DNA of 63,991 bases, filler included, from Octopus bimaculoides (lineage: Eukaryota): assembly GCF_001194135.2 (NCBI RefSeq). It is 6 parts of 6 records of this genome, joined end to end, with 100 filler letters (N's around TTAATTAATTAA, not from the genome) between each part and the next. Parts side by side here need not be neighbours in the genome. Positions count along the whole stretch, not along the records: positions 20,931 to 31,511 come from NC_068986.1; positions 31,612 to 41,376 come from NC_069003.1; 4 more parts are not named here. The stretch is one strand, 5' to 3'. Both the position numbers and the translations under genes were made by a program. The notes under the pieces were generated by a model that made no database searches, was not told the DNA's origin, and saw only the letters and a program-made list of their open reading frames with translations. Shown piece after piece: positions 27,337-39,881 of this stretch; within the stretch, counting starts at the first letter, position 1, and each line of letters opens with the position of its first letter.

Positions 27337-27676
27337 ATGATAACGCCAGAAAAGGTCACAGAAAACGAGAAAGTAACCATACTCTGGGATATGCCAATAC
27401 ACACGAATAGAGAAATTAAGGTAAATAGACCAGATATAGTTGTCAAAGATCATGAAGAAAAAAAATGCTTTCTAATAGATGTATCAATACCAGCAGATGA
27501 CAACGTTTTTTTCCCTAAAAGAAATGGAAAAACTTTCAATATACAAAGACCTGGAAATAGAGGTAACTCGAATGTGGAATCTAAAAACAGAATCAATTCC
27601 TATCATAGTAGGTGCCTTAGGTATAATAAAAAAATATTCAGACAAATACATAACAAAAACACCAGGACTTACAAAT
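27337..27676 (+). pseudogene. R4/Dong-like RLE domain fragment, second subfamily
   Basis: TILWDMPIHTNREIKVNRPDIVVKDHEEKKCFLIDVSIPADDNV, a frameshift, then KEMEKLSIYKDLEIEVTRMWNLKTESIPIIVGALG. (TAA)n follows the gap at 27860. Confidence 0.9.
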
Positions 27677-27859
27677 NNNNNNNNNNNNNNNNNNNNNNNN
27701 NNNNNNNNNNNNNNNNNNNNNNNNNNNNNNNNNNNNNNNNNNNNNNNNNNNNNNNNNNNNNNNNNNNNNNNNNNNNNNNNNNNNNNNNNNNNNNNNNNNN
27801 NNNNNNNNNNNNNNNNNNNNNNNNNNNNNNNNNNNNNNNNNNNNNNNNNNNNNNNNNNN

Positions 27860-28056
27860 ATAATAATAATAATAATAATGATGATGATGATGATGATGAT
27901 GAAGATGATGATGATGATGAAGATGATGATGATAATGATAATGATGATCGTGATGATGATGATGATGATGATGAGGAGGAGGAGGAGGAGGAGGAGGAGA
28001 AGAAGAAGAAGAAGAAGAAGAAGAAGAAGAAGAAGAAGAAGAAGAAGAAGAAGAAG
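27860..28056. repeat. Compound triplet tract AAT>GAT>GAG>AAG
   Basis: Consecutive in-phase runs. Confidence 0.95.
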
Positions 28057-28425
28057 ATATTGTTGTGGTTGATAAAGGGAAAAAGGAAACCAACATTATA
28101 GCTATTGCAATACCTGGGAATACACGCATAAACGACAAAAACTAAAAAAAAGATTGAAAAGTACAGACTGCTGCCTCCAGGAGATGTAGATTACACTCAG
28201 AGCACAACAATCAAGTTCGGGAAATATGTCAGAGAGATCGGAATTGACATAAGAACCGAGCAAGCCCAAAATATTACTCTGCTAGGGACAGCTAGGATTT
28301 TGAGATTGGTATTGTGCAGGAAGAGACCCTGTGTGACCTCTGACAACAGGCTGCTGTCCACTCTCACATAATCAACCAGAACAAACAAGACCCAGCGCTC
28401 TGAGAAGTAAAACAATAATGATAAT
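28056..28425 (+). pseudogene. R4/Dong-like RLE C-terminus and 3' UTR, third subfamily
   Basis: DIVVVDKGKKETNII.IAIPG.TRINDK and KFGKYVREIGIDIRTEQAQNITLLGTARILRLVL. Ends in AATAATGATAATAAT. Confidence 0.8.
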
Positions 28426-28631
28426 AATCCTTTCTACTACAGGCACAAGGCCTGAAATTTGTTGGGGGCGGGGTAGTCAATTCCATCGATCCCAGTACTC
28501 ATCCTATAGACCCCGAAAGGACGAAAGGCAAAGTCGATTTCGGCGAAATTTCAACTCAGAACATGAAGACAGACGAAATATCGCTGAGCATTTCGCCCGG
28601 CGTACTAACGATTCTGCCAGCTCGCCACCTT
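28424..28631 (-). mobile_element. SINE family B, full length, second tail type
   Basis: Central GAAAGG..GAAAGGCAAAGTCGA motif, head ...GCCAGCTCGCC and AGGCACAAGGCCTGAAATTT tail. Confidence 0.9.
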
Positions 28632-29122
28632 TTTTCGACTAAGCAATAGCATGGCCGCAGTCCAGTGATTGGAAGAAGCAAAAGATAAACGGGACCATAG
28701 CTTCGGATTAAACCAAGCTGTGTTTGTAGTGCATGTGTGCAGATAGGAAAAGTATCGGATTAATTGCAGCAGTGATTCAGAGGTCTAACGTTATTAACCT
28801 TGCGTTTCTTTTGTTCAGCCTGAGAAGTACGTGTATTGCAGCGGAACCTGCGGAACACCTAGACGTAACATATGCTAATTCAATGGGTTGGAAGTTCCCT
28901 ATGTGTGATGAATCCATCCATTATATGATCCAATTTATTCTGTTGTTCGAAGCTAAGGGAGAGATTTTTTTATTAGTCAATCAGCCTGCTAGAGATACCA
29001 GCTATATTCCTGTCGTATCAGAGCATCTTGTCTTAGTATAAGGAAGATACATTAAATAATGTAAACAGAGATATAATATACGATTATATTTCGAATTTCA
29101 GTAATGGCTACAAAGCTATGAT

Positions 29123-29172
<50 letters not shown>

Positions 29173-29296
29173 AGGGAGAGGGAGAGATAGAGAGAGAGAT
29201 AGAGAGAGATATATATATATACACACTCACATATATATATATATATACATATACATGTACACCCTGTACACCCATCCACACACATACATATACAGG

Positions 29297-29330
<34 letters not shown>

Positions 29331-29379
29331 GACATACGTTTGGATAGATAGATAGATAAATAGATAGATAGATAGATAC

Positions 29380-29418
<39 letters not shown>

Positions 29419-29764
29419 TACACACATATATATATATGCATACGTGAGCATAATCTCTTTCAAATAGATGATCGCTACTTTCACACATACACACATTTTA
29501 CACGCACAAACATGTGCAAGTAGAGATATACATATTTAAATAGTACTGTGTTTTGATCTTATGTAATGGTGTCTCAATCAATTCAATATACGTATTTTCT
29601 ATATATTTAATGTGATGTCTGTATGCATGTACGCTTATGAACTATGAGTGTAAATGTATGTTATACCTGTGTTTATATGTAAGCTTTATATATATCACAT
29701 ACACACTGTGCAAATGCATTTCTACAAAAAAGATCTATAATGTTGATGATGATTATAATAATAA

Positions 29765-29960
29765 TAAAAATCTTTTCTACTATAGGCGCAAGACCTGAAA
29801 TTTGGGGGAGGGAATAGTCGATTATATCGACCCAGTGTTACTGGTACTTAATTTATCAACCCCAAAAGGATGAAAAGCAAAGTCGACGTTTATTTTTCTT
29901 TTTTCTTTTACTTGTTTCAGTCATTTGACTGCGGCCATGCTGAAGCACCGCATTTGGTGG
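29765..29960 (-). mobile_element. SINE B tail/centre joined to a SINE A tail fragment
   Basis: AAAGGATGAAAAGCAAAGTCGAC followed by CAGTCATTTGACTGCGGCCATGCT. Confidence 0.8.
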
Positions 29961-30861
29961 TTTTTTTCTCTCAAATTCTGAAACTCGTGGCTACAAACGA
30001 ATAATATTTTGTATCGTTAAAGCTGTGAGTTGGAAATCGTTGGCATACTAGCTAAAACGCCTAACAACATTTCGTTCTGAGCTCAAATTCGCCGAGGTCG
30101 ACATTGTCTTNNNNNNNNNNNNNNNNNNNNNNNNNNNNNNNNNNNNNNNNNNNNNNNNNNNNNNNNNNNNNNNNNNNNNNNNNNNNNNNNNNNNNNNNNN
30201 NNNNNNNNNNNNNNNNNNNNNNNNNNNNNNNNNNNNNNNNNNNNNNNNNNNNNNNNNNNNNNNNNNNNNNNNNNNNNNNNNNNNNNNNNNNNNNNNNNNN
30301 NNNNNNNNNNNNNNNNNNNNNNNNNNNNNNNNNNNNNNNNNNNNNNNNNNNNNNNNNNNNNNNNNNNNNNNNNNNNNNNNNNNNNNNNNNNNNNNNNNNN
30401 NNNNNNNNNNNNNNNNNNNNNNNNNNNNNNNNNNNNNNNNNNNNNNNNNNNNNNNNNNNNNNNNNNNNNNNNNNNNNNNNNNNNNNNNNNNNNNNNNNNN
30501 NNNNNNNNNNNNNNNNNNNNNNNNNNNNNNNNNNNNNNNNNNNNNNNNNNNNNNNNNNNNNNNNNNNNNNNNNNNNNNNNNNNNNNNNNNNNNNNNNNNN
30601 NNNNNNNNNNNNNNNNNNNNNNNNNNNNNNNNNNNNNNNNNNNNNNNNNNNNNNNNNNNNNNNNNNNNNNNNNNNNNNNNNNNNNNNNNNNNNNNNNNNN
30701 NNNNNNNNNNNNNNNNNNNNNNNNNNNNNNNNNNNNNNNNNNNNNNNNNNNNNNNNNNNNNNNNNNNNNNNNNNNNNNNNNNNNNNNNNNNNNNNNNNNN
30801 NNNNNNNNNNNNNNNNNNNNNNNNNNNNNNNNNNNNNNNNNNNNNNNNNNNNNNNNNNNNN

Positions 30862-30968
<107 letters not shown>

Positions 30969-31511
30969 ATTGTGTATGTGTGAATATATGTGTATTTGCG
31001 TACATACATACTGTTTACATTTCCTTTCAAAAATGCTACACTAAAGACAGACCTGTGTTCAAGAATAATCTGTTTTTGTTACTGACATTTCATATTTCCT
31101 TATGGCTCCTTTATATTTACTTTTGAACGAGAGCATTCCTAATTCCATTAACGTTTTTAAACCTTGTCTGTCTTGTCTTCTGGATTAATGGTGATAATAG
31201 CATTTTTATATTATTTTTATTTTTTTATTATTTTATATATAAGAGTCAGGATCACAAGGTGATCACAAACTGATAATGTTACATATATATATACATGCAT
31301 ACATAAAAACAGGCATGCGCACACCTACTCATATATATGTGTGTGCGTGTGTGTGTTTGTGTGTGCGTTTGTGTGTATGTGTGTGTATAACTGAGTGTTT
31401 GTGTTTTTAGAAAACGAAATATTTTCTCATATTCATATATTTACAATTGTGTAGTTGTTTTGATAAACTGGATTATATCCTCATACATATATATATATAT
31501 ATATATATATA

Positions 31512-31611
31512 NNNNNNNNNNNNNNNNNNNNNNNNNNNNNNNNNNNNNNNNNNNNTTAATTAATTAANNNNNNNNNNNNNNNNNNNNNNNNNNNNNNNNN
31601 NNNNNNNNNNN
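31512..31611. other. Artificial scaffold-joining spacer
   Basis: 44 N + TTAATTAATTAA (31556-67) + 44 N. Confidence 0.95.
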
Positions 31612-32178
31612 TATACATATATATATGAGACACACACACTCACAGAGAGGTTGAAAGTGTGAGGGGAGAGAATAAAGAACGGTCGCTTGGAATAGGACCA
31701 AGTTGACGATAAGAAGTCAGGTAGACATATTTGATGGAAGGTGACAGATCCATCTGGATGTTTTGATTGGTTAGAATGAATGTAGTAGGTGTCGCGTAGG
31801 TGTGTCACAGAGACAGCTGATTGGTGGGTTGACAGAGGACCTTGGTGTCATGCGAAGGGTAGCGATGGGGGTGGGGTGAGCTTGATGATGGTGGTTGTAG
31901 TCATGAAGATTGCGTGCTGCCGTTGCTGTAACGGCACCACCGCGACCATCACCACCAACTCCTAGCCAACTTTTGCTGTCGAGCTGTCATTTGATACAAA
32001 AGAAATGCCAACCCATCCGTGATCATCACATCGTTTTAGTATTATCCAGATTTACTGCACGTTCTCGTCTCTCGTTTCTTGTATTTCAATCGACAGACTC
32101 TGGCGTTCTATCGACTGCTATTTCTAACAATGTCATCGACCACATAGTGGGTGGTTCGTGTTGGTGATGCTGGTAGTG

Positions 32179-32235
<57 letters not shown>

Positions 32236-32260
32236 GTGATGATGTTNNNNNNNNNNGTAG

Positions 32261-32325
<65 letters not shown>

Positions 32326-32616
32326 GTGATGATGTTTGGATACTTCGTGGTTGTGGTGATAGTAGTGGTGGTGGTGCTGTTGGAGATGGTGGCGGCAGCG
32401 GTGGGGTTCTGTAGTTGTTGGTTGCGGCGCTGTTAGTGCTATTTTGTGCTTTGTTGTTGTTGTTTTTTGTTGTTTAACCCTAGGTCAGCTCTGGTCGAGT
32501 AGATCCATACATAATAAAGTATGCACCAGCTATGACCATCCTTTATGTATGTATGTTTGTATGTATGTATTATGTATGTATGTATGTATGTACGTATGTA
32601 TGTGTGTGTATGTATG

Positions 32617-32671
<55 letters not shown>

Positions 32672-33769
32672 ATATATATTTATATATATANNNNNNNNNN
32701 NNNNNNNNNNNNNNNNNNNNNNNNNNNNNNNNNNNNNNNNNNNNNNNNNNNNNNNNNNNNNNNNNNNNNNNNNNNNNNNNNNNNNNNNNNNNNNNNNNNN
32801 NNNNNNNNNNNNNNNNNNNNNNNNNNNNNNNNNNNNNNNNNNNNNNNNNNNNNNNNNNNNNNNNNNNNNNNNNNNNNNNNNNNNNNNNNNNNNNNNNNNN
32901 NNNNNNNNNNNNNNNNNNNNNNNNNNNNNNNNNNNNNNNNNNNNNNNNNNNNNNNNNNNNNNNNNNNNNNNNNNNNNNNNNNNNNNNNNNNNNNNNNNNN
33001 NNNNNNNNNNNNNNNNNNNNNNNNNNNNNNNNNNNNNNNNNNNNNNNNNNNNNNNNNNNNNNNNNNNNNNNNNNNNNNNNNNNNNNNNNNNNNNNNNNNN
33101 NNNNNNNNNNNNNNNNNNNNNNNNNNNNNNNNNNNNNNNNNNNNNNNNNNNNNNNNNNNNNNNNNNNNNNNNNNNNNNNNNNNNNNNNNNNNNNNNNNNN
33201 NNNNNNNNNNNNNNNNNNNNNNNNNNNNNNNNNNNNNNNNNNNNNNNNNNNNNNNNNNNNNNNNNNNTATACATACATAAGTTCACGCACACAGGCACCC
33301 AGGTACACACACACACACGTACATACATTCATACATTAACACACACATACATACATACATACATACATACACACATACATACATACATACATAAATGCAT
33401 ACACACACACATACATACATAGATACATACATACATACATACATGCATACATACATCTCGCGCGCATTCTTGTGCAGCGAAAGCCACGAGCAAGGTGAAC
33501 CGTTGATCACACCAGAACTATTATCTTTGCTACACATCTCAAATTTAAAATGGATGGTCATGGCTAGAAGGATTTCATCCTAATCATATATCTATTCGAA
33601 AAGGATTGATATGGCGCCAAACACAGCAACACAAAGCCGCCATTTTCCGATGTACCCCTTCCTTCTCCTCCTCGTCTTTCTACCAACTCATAGCAATAAT
33701 TTCTCCCTCTCTAATGAAACCATAATGACAACATTGCTCCCTCCTACCATCACTCTTACTCTACTACTT

Positions 33770-34010
33770 TCACCCACGAGGCAACGGATGGGAGAGGAGC
33801 TGTACATGGTCAGATGGCCTGTTAGAAATAACAGCTAAATTCTTCCTCAAATCTCTCTCCGCTCTGTTAAAAATTGAAATTAAAATACCGGACATGCTCT
33901 ACAATGTGGCCCAGAGTTCCCTGCACATAGGAAAGAGACGTGACTGTCACGGATGGAAGGGCTTCGATCATTGGTGTACTGGACTAAACCTTAACCTGGG
34001 ATTAAGCAAC
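33770..34010 (+). mobile_element. Degenerate short repeat family with ...GGATGGTCATGGCTGG...GGGCTAAACAACAAC tail
   Basis: Related pieces at 32450-32545 (-), 33550-33575 (+), 40980-41130 (+) and 45490-45535 (-). Confidence 0.55.
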
Positions 34011-34249
34011 AACCACATACATGCAAACATACATACATGCATACATACATGCATATATATATATGTGTGTTGTACGCGTACGTGTGTGTGTGTGTGTGTG
34101 TATCCATGAACACATGCAGATACAAACGCGCGAACGCACACACACACACACACACACACACAGGTATCATACACACACACGATTACACACGCATAAACAT
34201 AAACACACACACACACATACTGAAACATCGACACCACCGCGATTAACAA

Positions 34250-34740
34250 TTCAACCACCACTACAACCAAGACCATTGTTACCATCACCACCATCACCAC
34301 AACCACCATCACCACAACCACCACCGCCACCATCACCAACGTCATCGCCAGCCCTACCACCGGTATACTACTACCAAGACCACCACCACTACCTTCATCA
34401 TCACCAACACTAACGCTACAACCACTACCACCACAAACAACAACAATGCAACCGCCACCACTGGCACCATTTTCACAACCAACACCACCACTATCATTAT
34501 TACCACTACCTCAACTACCCCACCACCAACGCCATCACAACCATCACTGCTACAGCATTCCTCATCATCATCATTATCATCATCATCATCACTATCAACA
34601 TCATGAAAACCACAATTATCAGTAGAAGCACCACCAACACCGTCAGCATAACCGCCACCGCCTGAACAATCGTCGCGTCCATCAGCACCGCCGCCGACGC
34701 CGACGCCGCAACCGCCAGCGCCACCAGGCCAACAACAGAC
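34250..34740. repeat. Degenerate (ACC/ATC/GCC)n array
   Basis: Triplet low complexity. Confidence 0.85.
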
Positions 34741-34859
34741 TCCACCCCCGCCTGCCCCCTCTTTCCTCTTGCCAGAGTCATGTAAATGAGAAGATCAAAG
34801 ACATCCAGAAGAGACATTATCGATCACCAAGGGAAAGGAAGCTAGTTCAAACCCTCCGT

Positions 34860-35395
34860 GGAATGTGAGGGTGTATATGTCGTGTCTCAGTGTGTCTATT
34901 ATGTGTGCGTTTGTGTACTGTGTGTGTGTGTGTGTTGTGTGTGTGTTTGTGTGTATAATGGGCTAATGCGTGTATGTGTGTGTGTGTGTGTCTACTGTGC
35001 TTGCATGTGTAGTGTGTATGTCTTGCATAGTGCTCTGTGGGTGTGTATAGTATGTGTATGTGTGTGTGTCAAAGAGGCTTTTGTTTGTACGTGTGTATGT
35101 TTTGCATAGTGCTGTGTGTGTGTATATAGTATGTATGTGTGTGTGTGTGTGAAAGGGGCTTTTGTTTGTGTGTGTGTGTGTGTGTGTGTGAGAGAGTTGC
35201 TTGGAGTATTTGTGTGTAGGTATATATGTGTGCGTATTTTGCATAGTGTTCTGCGTGTGTTTATGTGTGTGTGTGTGAGAGGGGCTTTTGTTTCTGTGTG
35301 TGTGTGTGAGCTGCGTAGAGTGTTTGTGTGTGTGTATACGTGCGTGCGTGTGTGTATGTAGGATGGGTGGGTGGGTGAATGTGTGTGTGTGAGAG
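34860..35395. repeat. (TG)-based higher-order repeat
   Basis: TTGCATAGTG at 35023, 35102 and 35239; GGCTTTTGTTT at 35076, 35157 and 35283. Confidence 0.75.
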
Positions 35396-35399
35396 AGCC

Positions 35400-35556
35400 T
35401 AGAACTTATTCTATTGGTCCTCTGTGTCGAACAGCTAAGTTACGAGTACGTAAACACAACAACATCGTTTGTCAAGCGATGGTGGTGGACAAGCACAGAC
35501 ACACAAATGCACACACACATACAAATATACATACATACGCACACACACACACACAG

Positions 35557-35591
<35 letters not shown>

Positions 35592-36143
35592 CATATATAT
35601 CAAAGAAGCTNNNNNNNNNNNNNNNNNNNNNNNNNNNNNNNNNNNNNNNNNNNNNNNNNNNNNNNNNNNNNNNNNNNNNNNNNNNNNNNNNNNNNNNNNN
35701 NNNNNNNNNNNNNNNNNNNNNNNNNNNNNNNNNNNNNNNNNNNNNNNNNNNNNNNNNNNNNNNNNNNNNNNNNNNNNNNNNNNNNNNNNNNNNNNNNNNN
35801 NNNNNNNNNNNNNNNNNNNNNNNNNNNNNNNNNNNNNNNNNNNNNNNNNNNNNNNNNNNNNNNNNNNNNNNNNNNNNNNNNNNNNNNNNNNNNNNNNNNN
35901 NNNNNNNNNNNNNNNNNNNNNNNNNNNNNNNNNNNNNNNNNNNNNNNNNNNNNNNNNNNNNNNNNNNNNNNNNNNNNNNNNNNNNNNNNNNNNNNNNNNN
36001 NNNNNNNNNNNNNNNNNNNNNNNNNNNNNNNNNNNNNNNNNNNNNNNNNNNNNNNNNNNNNNNNNNNNNNNNNNNNNNNNNNNNNNNNNNNNNNNNNNNN
36101 NNNNNNNNNNNNNNNNNNNNNNNNNNNNNNNNNNNNNNNNNNN

Positions 36144-36181
<38 letters not shown>

Positions 36182-36330
36182 GACGGGCTTCTTTCAGTTT
36201 CCATCTACCAAATCCACTCACAAGGCTCTGATTGGCCCAAAGCTATAGTAAAAGACACTTGTCCAAGGTGCCGTGCAGTGGGACTGAACCCGGAACCATG
36301 TGGTTGGGAAGCAAGCTTCTTACCTCAGAA
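35400..36330 (-). mobile_element. SINE family A spanning an N-gap in its TA tract
   Basis: Tail half at 35400-35510, centre and head at 36178-36330. Confidence 0.8.
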
Positions 36331-36339
36331 CCATATGTA

Positions 36340-36830
36340 TGTTTGTGGCAATATATTCGTGTATGTCCGTTCTTTTATTCTTTATTTGTCTCTGTCACTA
36401 GACTGCGGCCAAGCTGGAGCACTTCTCTAAAAGATTTAACCGACCAAATCGGACCCGAGTACTTGAGTTAAGTATGATCCCTTATTGTATTCGTATATTT
36501 TGGTGAACTGCCATATTACGGGAACATAAACAACCCAACACCGGTTTTGAAACGACGTGGGATAAATAGAAATCTTGAAGCCTTATGATGCGCGCGTGCA
36601 CACACACACACACACATAGTTTGACCTCCCCCATAGTTTTCCAAGACCAATTTCACAAGGCCAGCAACTTCGGGCGATGGAGTGGGTCGATTATATTATT
36701 TCAAGGAACCCCGAAAGAATGAAACGCAAAACAGTTGAACTCAGAAAGTAAATACGTAAGAAATGTCACCAAACGTTTTATCCGGCATTGTAACGACTCT
36801 GCTAGTTCGCCGCCTTATCTGTGGCCACAT
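36340..36830 (-). mobile_element. SINE A tail (36340-36560) and SINE B copy (36640-36815)
   Basis: GACTGCGGCCAAGCTGGAGCA; CCCCGAAAGAATGAAA...CTGCTAGTTCGCCGCC. Confidence 0.7.
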
Positions 36831-36924
36831 ATTGACAACGAACATTCCAGCTATGTCCAATATATAGAGAGGGGCGTAAGAAGGGGAGGAAAGTAAAGGA
36901 GGAAGGAGAGAGGGAAAGGAAGAG

Positions 36925-36971
<47 letters not shown>

Positions 36972-37344
36972 GGTATACGGACTGACTGACTGACAGGCAG
37001 ACAGAGAAAGAGGCATTAGAGGTAAAAGCGATAGAGGGTGATTCAGTACAGAGAAAATTGAATGAGTATGAATGAAAGTGAAAAATTAACGGCGATGAGG
37101 ATTGAGAAGGAAGGAGAACAGGAGGAAGGAAGAAAGGAAGGAACGAATGAGAAGGAGAAGAAGAAGAATATGAGAAGAAAAGAATAAGAAGATGAAAAGA
37201 TATGGAATTTTGAGAAGAAAATCGATAAAGAATTAAAGAAATCCGTATAGTCCTACACCGCTTGATGGGGATGTTACGCTCCAAAAAACTCTTGCCGCAA
37301 GTTGGATTTTCGTAACGCGATACCTTGTTAGATATTTTATTTTA

Positions 37345-37546
37345 TTTTACGCTGAAGAAGGCATGGCTGTTAGATTAAGATGTTTGCTCCCCAACCACAT
37401 GATTTCGGGTTTAGTCCCACTGTGTGGCACCTTGGGGGAAGTGTCTTCTACTATATCTCTGCGCTGACCTTGTGAGTGGATTTGGTAGACGGAAACTGAA
37501 AGAAGCCTGTCGTATACATACATATATATATGTGTATGTGCGTGAG

Positions 37547-37590
<44 letters not shown>

Positions 37591-37810
37591 AACGATTCTG
37601 CCAGCTCTCCATGTTACAATACCTAAATATTGGTTTTTAATTTTTGGTACAAGGCCAGCAATTTCGAGAGAGGGTGTGAGTTAATCACATCGACCCCAAT
37701 GTCCAACTGGTACTTAATTTATCAACCACGAAAGGATGAAGGGCAAAGTCAACCTCGGCGGAATTTGAACTTAGAACGTAAAGAAAGACGAAAATACCGC
37801 TAAGCATACA
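37345..37810. mobile_element. SINE A 5' half (+, 37345-37520) and SINE B (-, 37620-37810)
   Basis: CCCACTGTGTGGCACCTTGGG...GGAAACTGAAAGAAGCC; GAAAGGATGAAGGGCAAAGTCAACCTCGGCGG. Confidence 0.85.
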
Positions 37811-37868
37811 ACGCTTGAATATTGATGCCTAATCTTGACAGGCTCTGTGGCATAGAAATTATTATGGG

Positions 37869-38128
37869 GCACAGTCCACCTGGCTGTAAACGGGTTCCAC
37901 CAGGTAAAAGATAGACAGAGATTATTACTGAAAACAGTCTACTTAGCTGTAAACAGTTGCCACCACCAGGTAAGATGGAAATTATTTACTTGACATTGTC
38001 TATCAAGTTGGAAATAGATACAACCACAAGACAAGGTAGAGATAATTATAAATACCAGGTGTAAATAGGTATCACCACTAGGTAAGACGGATACAAGTTT
38101 TGGCCGAGCACAGTCCACCTGGCTGTAA
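37869..38128. repeat. Degenerate interrupted repeat array bounded by a perfect 21-bp direct repeat
   Basis: GCACAGTCCACCTGGCTGTAA at 37869 and 38108; CCAC(C/T)AGGTAA at 37897, 37964 and 38075. Confidence 0.75.
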
Positions 38129-38211
38129 CTTGGTCCCATCAGTTTATTAATCTAATTGTCACTGGCAGTGAAGCCTTCGCATTTATATGTCCTCATCGCC
38201 ATCACAACGAT

Positions 38212-38244
<33 letters not shown>

Positions 38245-38289
38245 AAACACAATCAACAACACCACCGTCATTAATAGCATCCTTATCAT

Positions 38290-39360
38290 GGACCAGTGTC
38301 TGTCAGAACGTTAGTGATTACTTTGTTCTGTGCTTCTAGAAAGCAGCCTCTGAGCTCGAACCTCTTCCAGTCAAAAAACAAGGCTGCAGGTGTAAACATC
38401 GACTGTAAAACCGAGGTCTGAGACCCTAAAGAAGTACCTACAACCTCGTTCTAGTTGATCTTGCGATGGGTTGAGCGTTGCTGTGTCTGTCTTCACCAGC
38501 GACAGGAAGAGAAGAGACGTGTTACGTATGCAGCATCTTCTTCTCCATAACATATCCAGTCTTGCTTCCTATCACATGTCTACATACAACCTCGTTCATT
38601 GGGACAATCCGAACAACAGCAGTTACCAGTTATATGTAATTTAACAATTACATATAACTGATAACTTAAAGAGGTCACTCTCAGTGCTGGGAGATATTTT
38701 CGAGTTCTATTGTGTCAAGCTGAGTGGTTCTTGCCTGTGAGAATCTGTCCCACCACAATCTGTTTCATCATTAAGGCACAGAGAATAGGGACTATCGGAA
38801 CACCGTATTGAACACCATTGCATCAGACAACGAACAAAAGGAAGCAGCAAAACATCAGGGCTAAACTTTGAATTTGGAATGTAAAAACAATGAAGGCCGC
38901 TCTTTGAGAAATTTTACAGGTTATTAGAATCTCTAGGGAAATAACTTCATAAATAATGAGTTCCATCAAGGAAAGGGCTTTGATCCGCCCAGAGTGCATG
39001 GAAGTGGCTTCTTAGTAAGGAACAGTCTGTTGGATGAGGCAGATCTAGACAGCAGTGACTCAAAGCTGATCCGATCCAACTTTTCGCCTCAACATCATTG
39101 AAGGCCCACTCAACTTTTCTGGTTTCTATATCTCGTTACAATAGACCGGAAAGTATAGTGGAACCTGTCCAGCCTGTCAAACTATACTCGGTACAATTCA
39201 TTGTTGCAAAACGGTATGTGGAGTATCCATAGATGTGCAAGAATTGATTGGACAAAAGAAAAAATGCAACAAGTACTGACCATCACGCTTCACCTCACAA
39301 GAATTATCACTGTATAACGAGGAGTTCAATGTCTTTTGGAGAACAGAAATAGACTGGACA
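38290..39360 (+). pseudogene. 5' part of an RTE-clade LINE (5' UTR and decayed APE endonuclease)
   Basis: IWNVKTM (about 38874), HGSGFLVRNSLL and RLNIIEGPLNF..FY match RTE APE motifs (GTWNVRT, HGVGF). The 5' boundary is uncertain. Confidence 0.75.
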
Positions 39361-39881
39361 TTAAAGGGAATGCAACTCGTTCACGCTATCTCATTGCCCC
39401 GCATGCAATCCATGTATGCATGTTGGTTTGTGTAGTGTGCAGCTCAGTAGAAATCTCTTGGTGGTTTTAAATGCACAAGTCTCTGATATCCACGTGGCTA
39501 AAATGTGTCAGCTGAAGGGCGCTCAGGAATCATGACCTGGATGTGGTCCGCCCCACTATGAGTGTTAGAAGTTAAAAGCTGAAACCTCTGCCTGAGGTGG
39601 GTAGGTTTCTTCTTTGAAGACCTTCTGCTCTTCAGATTTTTTGGTAGCTTCTTACCACTGGTATAAAGGTGGAGATATGTTTGTGGATCGCTATACCGTT
39701 TAGTCGCTTACCTTGGTGATATAGAACAGCCGGATCAAAACTGCCTAGGGCTACGCTACATGACAAACCTGTGCGTCCACGGCTGCAAGATCAGGTTTAA
39801 CACACGATGTAAGAACAACAACAACAACAACAGTAACAGCACCACCACCAGTGACAGCTACAACAGAAATGAATGTGTGCG
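39361..39881 (+). mobile_element. 5'-truncated RTE 3' end with (AAC)n tail and 17-bp TSD
   Basis: CAGAAATAGACTGGACA at 39344-60 and 39882-98. HCPACNPCMHVGLCS resembles the RTE C-terminal zinc motif. Tail near 39812. Confidence 0.7.

Noticed and set aside
28819-28878. Possible mini-exon PEKYVYCSGTCG after a good acceptor (CxGxC cystine-knot-like)
   Set aside because: It stops after 19 codons, has a weak donor, and no partner exons were found.
37869-38128. CRISPR-like repeat-spacer pattern
   Set aside because: Eukaryotic context, irregular spacing, degenerate repeats and no cas genes.
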